A DNA stretch of 64,000 nucleotides, from the IMG/VR virus record IMGVR_UViG_3300047301_000191, one strand, 5' to 3'. A model generated the notes under the pieces. That model made no database searches. It saw only the letters and a list, made by a program, of their open reading frames with translations, and was not told the DNA's origin. Made by a program: the position numbers and the translations under genes. The DNA is from a virus. Each line of letters opens with the position of its first letter. Positions within the stretch are counted from its first letter, which is position 1. Below, piece by piece: positions 25,539 to 35,395 of the stretch.

Positions 25539-27887
25539 GTGCTTACTCCTTCTGCTGAGATTTCCATTCGTGTTGCGATCAATGAAGCTCAGAGTCGAGG
25601 GCACGAGTTTGCCACTCCCGAGCACCTTGCTTTTTCCATGCTTCATGACGATGAGATCGAGGTTGTCATTCGTCATCTTGGCGCAGACATTAAGACTCTT
25701 CGGAAGAGTTTTGACGATTTCCTTGATCAGTCGATTGAAATGTCGATTGATTTGATTGGCGGCAACCCAGCCCCAAGCATTGGCTTTGAAAAGATTGTTA
25801 CGCTTGCAATTCAGCACGCTGCCAACTCTGGTACCAATAAGGTCAGTGTTGAGAACTTGCTTGTCGCGCTTCTCACTGACAACAGCAGCAATGCTGCACA
25901 GATTTTTGAAAATGCAGAAATCAATCGTCTCAAGGTCATTAGCTATCTGGCGCATGGCAAGACGGCGGTTGACCCAAAGACTGCCGATCCATTTGCCGGC
26001 ACTGATGGGGTTGGAAAAGGCGCATCAAAGGACAAGGGAGACAAGAGCGATCCTCTTGACACCTACTGTGTCAATCTTTGTGAGCAGGCTCGTAATGGCA
26101 AGCTTGATCCACTGATTGGCCGAGCCGCCGAATTGGAGCGAGCCGTTCATGTTCTTTGTCGCCGCCGCAAGAACAATCCTCTTTTCGTTGGCGAAAGCGG
26201 TGTTGGCAAGACTGCGCTTGCTGAAGGACTTGCTTTGCTTATTGTTGCGGGCAAGGTTCCGGCCGTGCTTAAGGATAGCGAAGTTTATTCGCTTGACCTT
26301 GGCTCTCTTGTCGCTGGTACAAAGTATCGCGGCGAGTTTGAAGAGCGACTCAACGCAGTGCTCAAGTCACTGACCGCTAAGCCAAAGTCAATTCTTTTCA
26401 TTGACGAAATCCACACGATTGTTGGCGCTGGTGCTTCTGGCGGCAGTTCAATGGATGCAAGCAATCTCCTGAAGCCCGCCCTTCAAGGTGGAGACATTCG
26501 CTTCATGGGCAGCACCACCTATAAGGAGTTTCGCACCAACTTTGAGAAGGACAAGGCCCTTGTTCGTCGCTTCCAAAAGATTGATGTTGACGAACCAACC
26601 GAAGCAGAAGCCATCCTTATCCTCCAAGGACTCAAGGCTCAGTACGAAGAGTTCCATGGCATCACCTACGCACCAGGAGCGATTGAGGCAGCCGTTCGCT
26701 TGTCTGCCCGGTACCTGCAGGACCGCCGTCTTCCCGATAAGGCATTCGATCTTATTGACGAAGCCGCGGCAGGATTGAAGCTGACTCCTGAGGTTACTGT
26801 CGTCACTGAGGCGCACATCGAGGCAACCGTTGCAAAGATTGCACAGATTCCTCCCAAGTCTGTTTCAATGGATGACCGCGATGCCCTGCGAGAACTTGAG
26901 AATGACCTTAAGGCTGCGGTCTTTGGGCAGGACCCAGCGGCAGAACAATTGTCAAATGTTATCAAGATGAGTCGAGCAGGTCTGCGTGAGCCTGAGAAGC
27001 CCATCGGGAGTTTCTTGTTCACTGGTCCAACTGGTGTCGGCAAGACCGAAATGGCCAAGCAGCTTGCCAAAACTCTTGGTATTAACTTCCTGCGCATCGA
27101 TATGTCTGAGTACATGGAGAAGCATAGTGTGAGCCGATTGATTGGCGCTCCTCCGGGTTACGTTGGTTTTGACAATGGCGGCATCCTTACGGAGGCAATC
27201 AACAAGGCGCCGCATACGGTCCTACTCCTTGACGAAATCGAGAAGGCCCATCCTGATATTTTCAACATCCTGTTGCAGGTGATGGACCACGGCAAGCTCA
27301 CCGACAACAACGGCAAGGCCGCGGACTTCCGTCAGGTTGTTTTGATTATGACCAGCAATGTCGGCGCCAAAGAAGTAGTTAAGCAGCGACCCACAATTGG
27401 GTTCGTTGATGTCAAGCCTGCTCAAACTGTTGATACGGCCGCTTATCAAGAGATGTTCAGTCCTGAATTCCGCAATCGTCTCGATGGTCGTGTGGCATTC
27501 GCTTCGCTTCAGCCAGCGTCAATGGACAAGATTGTTGCAAAGTTTATCAGGCAGTTGTCTGCGCAGCTTGCTGATCGCAAGATTACGTTGTCGATTACTG
27601 ACCGTGCTAAGACATGGTTGGGCGAAAAGGGTTACGACCGAGCGATGGGCGCTCGACCCTTGCAGCGAGTAATCAGTGACGAACTTAAGCGTCCGCTCTC
27701 GGATGAGATCTTGTTTGGCTCTCTACAGAATGGTGGAGATGTGTGCATCGATCTGGACGCAGAGAGTGCCCTTCGATACGAGTGGCAGGGCAGCGGGCCA
27801 AAAACTGGTCGCCTAACCTTTGCCTTTGTAAAGGAAGAGGCTTCTGCCGAACCTACTATTGCAGTGGAGCCTGTGCTTGAATCTTGA
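25539..27887 (+). CDS. clpA: ClpA-type ATP-dependent Clp protease ATP-binding subunit (double AAA+ unfoldase with Clp_N domain)
   Basis: GTG start aligns with ClpA N-term; Walker [10 protein letters not shown] (D1) and GPTGVGKTE (D2); D2 signature [22 protein letters not shown]. Confidence 0.85.
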   Translation: MLTPSAEISIRVAINEAQSRGHEFATPEHLAFSMLHDDEIEVVIRHLGADIKTLRKSFDDFLDQSIEMSIDLIGGNPAPSIGFEKIVTLAIQHAANSGTNKVSVENLLVALLTDNSSNAAQIFENAEINRLKVISYLAHGKTAVDPKTADPFAGTDGVGKGASKDKGDKSDPLDTYCVNLCEQARNGKLDPLIGRAAELERAVHVLCRRRKNNPLFVGESGVGKTALAEGLALLIVAGKVPAVLKDSEVYSLDLGSLVAGTKYRGEFEERLNAVLKSLTAKPKSILFIDEIHTIVGAGASGGSSMDASNLLKPALQGGDIRFMGSTTYKEFRTNFEKDKALVRRFQKIDVDEPTEAEAILILQGLKAQYEEFHGITYAPGAIEAAVRLSARYLQDRRLPDKAFDLIDEAAAGLKLTPEVTVVTEAHIEATVAKIAQIPPKSVSMDDRDALRELENDLKAAVFGQDPAAEQLSNVIKMSRAGLREPEKPIGSFLFTGPTGVGKTEMAKQLAKTLGINFLRIDMSEYMEKHSVSRLIGAPPGYVGFDNGGILTEAINKAPHTVLLLDEIEKAHPDIFNILLQVMDHGKLTDNNGKAADFRQVVLIMTSNVGAKEVVKQRPTIGFVDVKPAQTVDTAAYQEMFSPEFRNRLDGRVAFASLQPASMDKIVAKFIRQLSAQLADRKITLSITDRAKTWLGEKGYDRAMGARPLQRVISDELKRPLSDEILFGSLQNGGDVCIDLDAESALRYEWQGSGPKTGRLTFAFVKEEASAEPTIAVEPVLES

Positions 27888-27924
27888 CGCCCGACCGCTA
27901 CAAAATCAAACAAAGGACAAAATA

Positions 27925-28152
27925 ATGGAAAAGATGCATCGCTATTCTGTGTTCATGGTAAAGCTAACCGCACTCAACCTACTGATGTTTATCGGCTATA
28001 TGGTGGTTGCTTCAATTGTTCCAAGTTCTCAAGCTGTCGACAAATCAAATCAGCCTGTGCCGCCCACCCACACGTATTCTGACTATGCAAGCTTCATCGC
28101 ACCTATGACGGGACTCACCTTTCAAAGCCATGACTGCCATGTCCTCGAATAA
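27925..28152 (+). CDS. Small membrane protein
   Basis: ATG after AAAGGACAAAATA RBS; TM helix LNLLMFIGYMVVASIVP. Confidence 0.4.
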   Translation: MEKMHRYSVFMVKLTALNLLMFIGYMVVASIVPSSQAVDKSNQPVPPTHTYSDYASFIAPMTGLTFQSHDCHVLE

Positions 28153-28594
28153 AAAGAGCAAGTCAGCACCGTCAGTCGCAATGATTGGCCGGACAGATCA
28201 CTGTGAATATTTTGCAGATATCGCTTTGGCGGCAAACCAATTGGCTTTTCGCATAGACCGCGGAGAGTACGCAGCTAGTAGCGGAGTATGTCGTAGTGAT
28301 CAGACTTCTCTTGTGAGAGAATGTGAGCGTATGGCTGATATTGGAAGAATGCCATACCCAATCAAAAAAGCTATTGCAGAAGAGTATATCAGGGCAAGGC
28401 GATGGCTGGATGGCTACCCTGTCGTCAATGGTGGGCCGTCAGCCTTGTGTGAGCCGACGTTTAGGTTATATCACTTTGCTGCGATCATGCTTAAAATGCG
28501 ACACGCTGTGTGCCTTGATTGGTCAGCGTTTCGCATGACTACTGAGCAGCGGAAACAGTTTGCAATCATTTGCCGTAGAAAATATCAAGAGTAA
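28130..28594 (+). CDS. Hypothetical protein
   Basis: ORF overlapping the upstream gene by 23 nt. Confidence 0.4.
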   Translation: MTAMSSNKKSKSAPSVAMIGRTDHCEYFADIALAANQLAFRIDRGEYAASSGVCRSDQTSLVRECERMADIGRMPYPIKKAIAEEYIRARRWLDGYPVVNGGPSALCEPTFRLYHFAAIMLKMRHAVCLDWSAFRMTTEQRKQFAIICRRKYQE

Positions 28595-28605
28595 GGTGGG
28601 CGGTT

Positions 28606-28992
28606 ATGCATCTTGACCTCTGGGGAAAGATCCAGGAATGCGTTTTAGAGTATGGGCCTTTAAGGGTTCGTGACGATGGACCTGGGCAAATCTGTTTGAT
28701 TGCAGAACATATTTCGATATTCATTCCTATCTCAGGATTTGGCTCTGGGACTTATTCGATATATCACTACCAGAATGGCATGCGACATAGAGAGGCAGGC
28801 CCTGCGTTTGAGCGCTGGGAAAACAACATTCTGCGGCAAAGTCATTACTTTCACAAAGACCTACTCCATCGTCCAAAAGAAGAAGGCCCGGCTGCATCCA
28901 CATTTGATCGCAATGGTGTATGTATATCCAAACGCTACTACCAGTATGGAATAGAAATATCTCCCGACTACTTGGAAAAGGAATCTATATGA
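28606..28992 (+). CDS. MORN-variant repeat protein
   Basis: N-term MHLDLWGKIQECVLEYGP; repeats HREAGPAFERWENN, HRPKEEGPAASTFDRNG. Confidence 0.7.
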   Translation: MHLDLWGKIQECVLEYGPLRVRDDGPGQICLIAEHISIFIPISGFGSGTYSIYHYQNGMRHREAGPAFERWENNILRQSHYFHKDLLHRPKEEGPAASTFDRNGVCISKRYYQYGIEISPDYLEKESI

Positions 28993-29372
28993 AGCTAAGT
29001 GTTTGGGAAAAGATAAACGTTTTGTCTAGGGAGTTTGGACCTCCGCTTGAAAACAGAAGCCAACCTAAGAAATTTGTTTTTGGCCGAATTGGCAACTCAG
29101 CAATTATATGGCTACATAGCAATGGCGAGGTCAGGAGCATCGTCTTTTATCAAAATAGTGTTATCCACAGAAACTCTGGGCCAGCCATCGAAAGCTATTT
29201 AGATAATGGCCGAATTCAGCAGCAAGAGCATCTCCAAAAAGGTAATCTCCACCGTTCTAGGATTGAAGGTCCGGCGGTCACAACGTACGATGATTGCGGC
29301 AAAGTTAGACTGTTTGAATTCTGGGAGCGCGGGCGCCACATAAGTTCCCATCTAAACAAAGGAATTGTATGA
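28989..29372 (+). CDS. MORN-variant repeat protein
   Basis: ATGA overlap; N-term MKLSVWEKINVLSREFGPP; repeats HRNSGPAIESYLDNG, HRSRIEGPAVTTYDDCG. Confidence 0.7.
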   Translation: MKLSVWEKINVLSREFGPPLENRSQPKKFVFGRIGNSAIIWLHSNGEVRSIVFYQNSVIHRNSGPAIESYLDNGRIQQQEHLQKGNLHRSRIEGPAVTTYDDCGKVRLFEFWERGRHISSHLNKGIV

Positions 29373-29623
29373 TCTCCGCTACCGTAGTAAGCAAACAAGA
29401 TTACTTTCGTTCTCTTTGCAGTGCGTCAGTCAGTGGCGACAAGCGAGTCGCCAGTCAGGCCGCGAAGGAGATCATTGCAGTCTGTCTATTGTCAGAAGGC
29501 AATGATTGGATTGTTTTGGTTCGCAAAGAGGAAAATGGTCGCTATGTCACAGGTCGTTATCTTTGCGCAAGCGAAGTCGTAGCAGAAGAACTAAAAGAAA
29601 GTCTCCTTGGTAAAGAGGGATGA
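29369..29623 (+). CDS. Hypothetical protein
   Basis: ATGA overlap. Confidence 0.4.
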   Translation: MISATVVSKQDYFRSLCSASVSGDKRVASQAAKEIIAVCLLSEGNDWIVLVRKEENGRYVTGRYLCASEVVAEELKESLLGKEG

Positions 29624-29940
29624 AACTTGAGACTTGGGATCTCCAAAAGAAAGTCAGCGCTAACTTCCGCATCGTGGAGAATGACCCAATTGGATACAAT
29701 ATAAGACTTGCATCAAATCTAAAACTAGGTATGGCGAACTATCTTCTTACTGAGAATGGATATGAGTGTTTTAGTTTTTGGATAGACCGGCCCAGAGTAG
29801 AGGCGTGTTTTTGCTGTGTCTTTTATGACAACCGCTGGACACAGAGATGGACATTCACATCATCAACTAACAATATCACTCTTGAGGGAGTCACCAGCTA
29901 TATAAAAGAGCTAGGCCTTAGCTTGAATTATCCAGCATAG
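29620..29940 (+). CDS. Tandem paralog family D, member 1 (C-terminal ELGLSLNYP motif)
   Basis: N-term MKLETWDLQKKV; shared C-terminal LGL.L.Y motif. Confidence 0.5.
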   Translation: MKLETWDLQKKVSANFRIVENDPIGYNIRLASNLKLGMANYLLTENGYECFSFWIDRPRVEACFCCVFYDNRWTQRWTFTSSTNNITLEGVTSYIKELGLSLNYPA

Positions 29941-29952
29941 AAAAGGAAGCGA

Positions 29953-30309
29953 ATGACTCTTGACGAATGGAACGTACAAGAAAAAGTAGGACCTTGCTTT
30001 AGAGTGCAATCAAATCCTGAACCTTCAGAAGGATTCATGATATCCAGAGTTAATGAATCAGATTTTATTGTTGCAGAATATCTCTGCACAGAGTACCAAA
30101 TTCTTTGTATTCGCTTCTGGGCTCCTGAGGACGGCCGGGAACCAGACATAAAAGCCGACACTAGATTCGAATGCCTCGGCACAGGCACCTGGACTGCGAC
30201 CGATTCAGGTAATTATTCAACGAGCATTTGTGAAAAGGAAGATGTTGCTTTGAAAATTAAAACTATTGGGCTTGAGTTGTCTTATCTGATTGGCAAAAAT
30301 GAACCTTGA
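29953..30309 (+). CDS. Tandem paralog family D, member 2
   Basis: N-term MTLDEWNVQEKV; C-term KTIGLELSYLIG. Confidence 0.5.
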   Translation: MTLDEWNVQEKVGPCFRVQSNPEPSEGFMISRVNESDFIVAEYLCTEYQILCIRFWAPEDGREPDIKADTRFECLGTGTWTATDSGNYSTSICEKEDVALKIKTIGLELSYLIGKNEP

Positions 30310-30352
30310 TGCATGGGCGCTTCAATAAAAGATAGGCCCTGGCTTTTCGATA

Positions 30353-30613
30353 TTGGATTACAGTAATGCGTTTGATTACGCCGTTAGTTATGTCGGAATC
30401 GACAACACGATTGCAGAGTACCAATATAAAGATGGGCTATATCATTGTCATGCATTTTGGATTCCAAAAAATGACGACTCAAATGCAGAAATATTTTACT
30501 ATTATGATGTTGATATTGGTTGGGTAATTGCTTCCGGTCTAGGCAAAAACAAAATTACAATCGAAGATGCATCGAATGAAATCTCTAAACTTGGGCTGGA
30601 GCTGCTCTATTAG
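30353..30613 (+). CDS. Tandem paralog family D, member 3 (N-terminally truncated)
   Basis: C-term EISKLGLELLY; lacks the family N-term. Confidence 0.4.
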   Translation: MDYSNAFDYAVSYVGIDNTIAEYQYKDGLYHCHAFWIPKNDDSNAEIFYYYDVDIGWVIASGLGKNKITIEDASNEISKLGLELLY

Positions 30614-30643
30614 GACGAAAAGTATTTTCCTGAAAGGAACTCA

Positions 30644-31114
30644 ATGTACCTGGAAGATTGGTCAATAAGAAAAGAAATGCCTGAGACTCCGCTGACAAAA
30701 ATCGTGCGGCGGCCTATACTTACTCCAACAGTGGGATCTGCCCATACTCATACGGTCTGGGAAAGCTTTACTCTGCAGGGAGAAAAAGATATGATGGGAC
30801 CGATAGCCATCTATTTAGCTTGTGGCAACACATACCAAATCTTTTCTGTGTTTCATGCCTACACCATGAGTATGTTTTTTTGCGATTTCATCTTGTCAAA
30901 CACAAGTATCACACTATCGGAAAATACTCCGATTTGGGAATGCGCAAAAGACGAGTCAAAAAACTTCATAAACATGAAATCCACAAGTCAAATTTGGACT
31001 TACGAATCGTACGATAATCGAGTCTCATCGATTGTCACAGGCGACTCCCAAAAATTGCAAGCTTACTTGGCAGACTTAAAGCTTCTACCAGAGTATCCTA
31101 GGACTATGCCTTGA
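30644..31114 (+). CDS. Tandem paralog family D, member 4 (longer)
   Basis: N-term MYLEDWSIRKE; C-term LQAYLADLKLLPEYP. Confidence 0.45.
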   Translation: MYLEDWSIRKEMPETPLTKIVRRPILTPTVGSAHTHTVWESFTLQGEKDMMGPIAIYLACGNTYQIFSVFHAYTMSMFFCDFILSNTSITLSENTPIWECAKDESKNFINMKSTSQIWTYESYDNRVSSIVTGDSQKLQAYLADLKLLPEYPRTMP

Positions 31115-31140
31115 CAGCAAAACCGATCTGAGCAGATCCC
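31115..31140 (+). promoter_or_regulatory. Recurrent motif copy 5 (TTGACAGCAAAACC-N10-GATCCC)
   Basis: Immediately follows the stop of the upstream gene; includes a perfect TTGACA. Confidence 0.45.
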
Positions 31141-31150
31141 ACTTAAGTAA

Positions 31151-31348
31151 ATGAGGTTGACCGTGAAACTTGAAACCTACGAAGTACTTGCCAAGTACGT
31201 AGATACATGGGGTCTGCCTCGCTTCTATAGTCCAAACTATTGGTATTTCTTCAGACTCGACCGGGAGCTTACTATCTATTTTTATGACGAAGGACCTATT
31301 TTGTACATTGAGCACTGGGTAGATGGAGTTAAACATGATTTGCGATAA
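31151..31348 (+). CDS. Short family member (N-terminal domain + one degenerate repeat)
   Basis: VKLETYEVLAKYVDTWGLPRF resembles the family N-term; GTG alternative at 31163. Confidence 0.4.
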   Translation: MRLTVKLETYEVLAKYVDTWGLPRFYSPNYWYFFRLDRELTIYFYDEGPILYIEHWVDGVKHDLR

Positions 31349-31582
31349 GAGCATTCCTCCTGAGTATGGTCCAACCTGGTGTCCGGAGATTGGTGTAACA
31401 GGTAGCGTCTGGCGGTGGATCTTTTGGTGGTGTCGCAATGGAGTTTCTTATGTAGCAGGCCAGTCTTGTCTAAAACATAAGAAGCATTGTGAGCGGCGGC
31501 GCCACACAATCAAAGAAGAACTTGAAGCAGAAATAGATTTACTTGGGGTGCAGGCGGCAGTTGTCTGTAAAAACAATTACTT

Positions 31583-31656
31583 GGGCTGTTAGTTAAGTGA
31601 TATAACAAGAGCTTTGCAAGCTTTGATCGGGAGTTTGATTCTCCCACGGTCCACCA
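31583..31656 (+). tRNA. tRNA-Ala (anticodon UGC)
   Basis: 74 nt: acceptor GGGCTGT/ACGGTCC (2 G-U), D-arm GTTA-AGTGATA-TAAC, anticodon arm AGAGC-TTTGCAA-GCTTT, T-arm GGGAG-TTTGATT-CTCCC, encoded CCA. Confidence 0.75.
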
Positions 31657-31711
31657 GTTAAACAAGTTTGTCAAGACACTTCGCCTTGGCATTTAAAAAG
31701 AAAGAAACATT

Positions 31712-31984
31712 ATGAACGACAATAAGCTTTTTGTAGGTCTTTTGGTTGGTGCTGTCGCCTTGGTTGGCGCCCTAATGGTCAAGAGTTTTGTGCTTGACGA
31801 GCGTGTCAGCACTGTAGCTTCGCCTGTTGAAGCCCCTGCAACGGACACTGCTGACGCGGTTTCGGTCGATACGGTTGTTGGTACCGATACCGACAGCGGT
31901 GCCGTTGATGGCGTGATCCCTGCTGTTGAGACGGTCACCCCCGTTGTTGACACTGGTACCTCCACTGAGAGTTCCGCTCAGTGA
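31712..31984 (+). CDS. Membrane-anchored Val/Thr/Asp-rich protein
   Basis: ATG after AAAGAAAGAAA RBS; TM helix LFVGLLVGAVALVGALMV. Confidence 0.5.
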   Translation: MNDNKLFVGLLVGAVALVGALMVKSFVLDERVSTVASPVEAPATDTADAVSVDTVVGTDTDSGAVDGVIPAVETVTPVVDTGTSTESSAQ

Positions 31985-32337
31985 AGCGACACTACCGAAC
32001 AGTGCTGTGGATAGCAATCGTATTGGGGCTGCCTGCAGCACTGTTCTCTGTAGGTGTCCTATTGCCGAAGTTTTTCGCTGTAGAAAGTAAGATAGCGGAT
32101 CCAGTAGAAGAGACTCAATCGGCAAGACGAGATGCCTGTCGAGAGGTCATTCTAAAGTATTGCGTTGCTTCACAATCTTGCAGCGGTGTGCCGTATGAAG
32201 ATTGCTTTCGTCTATCTATGGAGAACGACGTGTGCAACTTTGAAATCCAGTCAACACTTGCTGATATTGCTGTCTGCAGTACCGATATTGACGGCGCTCC
32301 ATGTGGCAGTGCATCTAGTTGCATTGGGCTTCATTAA
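31981..32337 (+). CDS. Secreted Cys-rich small protein
   Basis: GTGA overlap; N-terminal signal/TM; 10 Cys. Confidence 0.45.
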   Translation: MKRHYRTVLWIAIVLGLPAALFSVGVLLPKFFAVESKIADPVEETQSARRDACREVILKYCVASQSCSGVPYEDCFRLSMENDVCNFEIQSTLADIAVCSTDIDGAPCGSASSCIGLH

Positions 32338-32352
32338 AGATAAAGAGGTAAA

Positions 32353-32760
32353 ATGAAGATAGATGATTTCGATCTATTTCAAAAGCTAATAGAAGAGTGT
32401 GGACAAATTAGAAAGCTAGGGTTTTGCGAACTAGCTTTCTCTGGTAAAACTGCCAATGCAAATTGCATTGTTGGCTGCAATCCTAATGGAACAGTCATTA
32501 CGGTTAGACATTATTTGGACATTGCCGGACTAACTCATTTTAGCCGCCGCCCAACTAATGGTCCAGCTTACGAGGTATTCCGTCCAGACGGAAGTCTTTA
32601 CGTAAGAGAGTACATTTACCTTGGTAAACGTTATCGCAATTGTTATGACGGGCCAGCCTATGAAATTTTTAATCGCAATGGCGAAGCTACCACAAAGAAA
32701 TTCTATTACAAAAACGACAAAGAAAGGCTGCGCCATATTGCGAGTGGCGCTGCAGAATAG
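32353..32760 (+). CDS. MORN-variant repeat protein
   Basis: N-term MKIDDFDLFQKLIEECGQ; repeats RRPTNGPAYEVFRPDG, YDGPAYEIFNRNG. Confidence 0.65.
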   Translation: MKIDDFDLFQKLIEECGQIRKLGFCELAFSGKTANANCIVGCNPNGTVITVRHYLDIAGLTHFSRRPTNGPAYEVFRPDGSLYVREYIYLGKRYRNCYDGPAYEIFNRNGEATTKKFYYKNDKERLRHIASGAAE

Positions 32761-32768
32761 GAAGCATT

Positions 32769-33233
32769 ATGCTACATCTAGATATTAAAGAAGCCTGGAA
32801 GTCAGCTATGAAAGCCGGCTCCTCCGAGAAAACAATTCTTTCTACAATGACTGCAGAAATTAAGAATCGAGCAATCTCCCAAGGAGAAGATCGAGATTCT
32901 CCCTCGGACGCTCTCGCTGTTGACACTCTTTCTAAGATGAGCAAGCAGCGCACAGACAACGCAGAGACTTATCGGCAGGCAGGACGTGAAGATCTAGCCG
33001 CCGTCGAAGACACTGAGCGTTCAGTAATTGCTCGCTATTTACCAGTTCAACTTTCGGAAGAAGACGTCCGCCAGATGATTGGCGAAATTATCGCAGCGCA
33101 GCAACTAAAGACTGTATCAGACTCTGGCAAAGTGATGAAGGAAATATCTCCCAGAATCAAAGGTAAGTTTGACGGAAAGGTTGCCGCACAGCTAGCAAAG
33201 TCTATGCTGGAAGCCATTAAAGATGAGGCGTGA
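32769..33233 (+). CDS. GatB/YqeY domain protein
   Basis: ETYRQAGREDLAAVEDTERSVIARYLPVQLSEEDV and GKVMKEISPRIKGKFDGK align with YqeY. Confidence 0.8.
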   Translation: MLHLDIKEAWKSAMKAGSSEKTILSTMTAEIKNRAISQGEDRDSPSDALAVDTLSKMSKQRTDNAETYRQAGREDLAAVEDTERSVIARYLPVQLSEEDVRQMIGEIIAAQQLKTVSDSGKVMKEISPRIKGKFDGKVAAQLAKSMLEAIKDEA

Positions 33234-33420
33234 CGGCAAAGTCGTTGTTGCGACCATACCAGCCTGCGAGCTAGACGGACCTATCGCATCATTTTCTCAA
33301 CGACATCTGTCTCAGATGCCAGAGATGACCCAAGAGAATCTAGCAGACTTGGAGATCAAATTCGACCATTTCGACAGGGTCTATTTGATTTTTGGAATCT
33401 GAAAAAAATAAGGAACTAGA

Positions 33421-33864
33421 ATGAGTTGTTGTGATTGTGGTTATGACAGAAACGGCGTTAGCGAAAGCACGCTTCAGGACTTCAAAAAAAGACTACTTAC
33501 CCCTCTCTGCAGAGAGATCGCAAGAACAGAATTGTCTGATGTAGATCTACCAGATATGATGAGTACATTTACAGAGTGCCTTGGCACTAGCGAAATCTAC
33601 GGAGCTGCACGCACAATTTGCGAACCATGGGGAGATGTGCCCAAATTGTATCCTAGGCCGGCGCTGGCAGGCAAGCAAGTTAATCTCAATCTTCAGGTCT
33701 ATTATCTACGCAAAGAAATCACTCATCAGGATAGAATGGACTTTGCAGACAAACTAAAGAAATATGTTGAAGAACTTAGTTCGACGTATGGCAGGTACGG
33801 AATTTCATTTATGCTAACCGATACCAACAAAGAACTGCATACACCCAAGCGACAAGAGAGTTAA
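33421..33864 (+). CDS. Hypothetical protein
   Basis: ORF after 187-nt non-coding gap; AAGGAACTAGA RBS. Confidence 0.45.
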   Translation: MSCCDCGYDRNGVSESTLQDFKKRLLTPLCREIARTELSDVDLPDMMSTFTECLGTSEIYGAARTICEPWGDVPKLYPRPALAGKQVNLNLQVYYLRKEITHQDRMDFADKLKKYVEELSSTYGRYGISFMLTDTNKELHTPKRQES

Positions 33865-33866
33865 GA

Positions 33867-34361
33867 ATGGATTTAGCAAAGTCAGAGATACAATTCTTTT
33901 TTGCTAGTCCAGCCGGCAAAAAGATTGAGCATATTATTCCTGAGCCAGAGGGCGTGCTGCTGCCTCCTTTGTTTTGGGAGGGCGTTAATCTGTTTTTCCA
34001 AAAGGTTCTTGAGGAAAAGCCGAATGCTGAAATCAAACAGATATCGTTGACGTATAGTAAGCTTTGTCGACAATGCACGGGATCAATTAAAGTTTACGCG
34101 AAACCCCACCTTGACGTAAAACATACGTTTCGAACAGGAGGCGGTTTTTGTAATTGTACGATTGGGCACAATACAGGACAACCTGCGAAGCTCAGTATCG
34201 GTATTGACTTCTCAGTGGCGCTTGTTCCCTATCAGCATTTTAAAGCGACAGGCAATAGGCACTCAATGATGAAGATAGTAGACGGAGCAATTGAGTTCAA
34301 AGGATACGAAAGCCTTCCTGAAGAAACATATAACCTGAATATAAGTTCTCCATGGCCTTAA
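33867..34361 (+). CDS. Hypothetical protein
   Basis: ORF, + strand. Confidence 0.45.
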   Translation: MDLAKSEIQFFFASPAGKKIEHIIPEPEGVLLPPLFWEGVNLFFQKVLEEKPNAEIKQISLTYSKLCRQCTGSIKVYAKPHLDVKHTFRTGGGFCNCTIGHNTGQPAKLSIGIDFSVALVPYQHFKATGNRHSMMKIVDGAIEFKGYESLPEETYNLNISSPWP

Positions 34362-34585
34362 ATAATGCTGTCGCAAGGCAAGATATGTTTAGCACAGATG
34401 GCTATTGGCGCAGGAAGCAATTGAGAACCGAACGATTCTGGAAAGAAGTGCATGGCAAAAAGTTTGAATTTTGCTGGGCGTGCAGTGGGACTGGATACTA
34501 TGACAATGACGGTGCTCCGTTTTGTGGTTCTTGCTCTGGCAAAGGAAAGACGCCACCACGTCGAGAAGCGAGTTTAGATCGATGA
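34352..34585 (+). CDS. Zn-ribbon protein
   Basis: CWACSGTGYYDNDGAPFCGSCSGKG. Confidence 0.45.
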   Translation: MALNNAVARQDMFSTDGYWRRKQLRTERFWKEVHGKKFEFCWACSGTGYYDNDGAPFCGSCSGKGKTPPRREASLDR

Positions 34586-34923
34586 TTTTAAGTCAGTGGA
34601 AAATAATTAGTGATGCTTATAAGAAGTATGGCTCTCCTGCTATATATAAGCGTAACGAGATAGTCGAGGCATTTGAATTTGGCAAGGGCTCATTCTCCGA
34701 ATTTTCGTTATTTTTTCGAAGTGACGGCAGTCTACAAGCCCGCGAATATTATGAGCGAAACTCTTTGCGTAATCACCGGCCAATCGAGGAGGGTCCAGCC
34801 GTTGAAGTTTTTAAGCCCAATGGCGATTTGCATTATGTGAAATATTATTTGAATGGAGTATTCCTGGGATGGTCAAAACACGAAGCAGAACAAATTATCA
34901 AAAGAACCTCCAACCTACATTGA
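34582..34923 (+). CDS. MORN-variant repeat protein
   Basis: ATGA overlap; N-term MILSQWKIISDAYKKYGSP; repeat NHRPIEEGPAVEVFKPNG. Confidence 0.6.
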   Translation: MILSQWKIISDAYKKYGSPAIYKRNEIVEAFEFGKGSFSEFSLFFRSDGSLQAREYYERNSLRNHRPIEEGPAVEVFKPNGDLHYVKYYLNGVFLGWSKHEAEQIIKRTSNLH

Positions 34924-34928
34924 AATCT

Positions 34929-35126
34929 ATGTTTCTTTCACTTCTCAAAGTTTGGAAAAAGCAAATAGAATCAAGTAAAGCAAGCCCAGTTGTTACTGTC
35001 GAGTCGACGCCAATTACTTCAGCTTTCAAACCTCCACCCACTCTTTCGCCCGAAGAGAGGGCCGATGCGATCAAAAGAATTAAGGCAGCCGCCGCCCAGG
35101 TTGGGAAGCTAAAATGTTATGAGTGA
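34929..35126 (+). CDS. Hypothetical small protein
   Basis: Internal ATG of ORF 34869. Confidence 0.3.
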   Translation: MFLSLLKVWKKQIESSKASPVVTVESTPITSAFKPPPTLSPEERADAIKRIKAAAAQVGKLKCYE

Positions 35127-35394
35127 ATTCAACGCAACCATGGCCAAGGAATTCCACTCACAAGTCAGGCTTGTCCTAGCTGGACAATGGACAGTAGCTA
35201 TAACTATTTACGGCTGTACGTCAAACAATGAAACGATTGACGCCGACGACTTGAATGTTCCTAATTGGATTCCACAAGATTTTTCCAGACTGCCATCCGC
35301 CTATCAACAAGTAATGGAGTTGCGTCCTGAGCTGTTCGCGCTTTCTGGAGAAGTTCTTCCAGTAAAGAAGCCACGAGCCAGGAAAAGGTCGTAG
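35119..35394 (+). CDS. Hypothetical protein
   Basis: ORF, + strand. Confidence 0.4.
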   Translation: MSEFNATMAKEFHSQVRLVLAGQWTVAITIYGCTSNNETIDADDLNVPNWIPQDFSRLPSAYQQVMELRPELFALSGEVLPVKKPRARKRS

Positions 35395-35395
35395 C

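Noticed and set aside
31323-31592. 89-aa ORF as a real gene
   Set aside because: Its 3' end runs into the acceptor stem of tRNA-Ala (31583-31656), and its 5' half overlaps the 31151 family ORF in another frame. It more likely represents a decayed MORN-family remnant or chance ORF.
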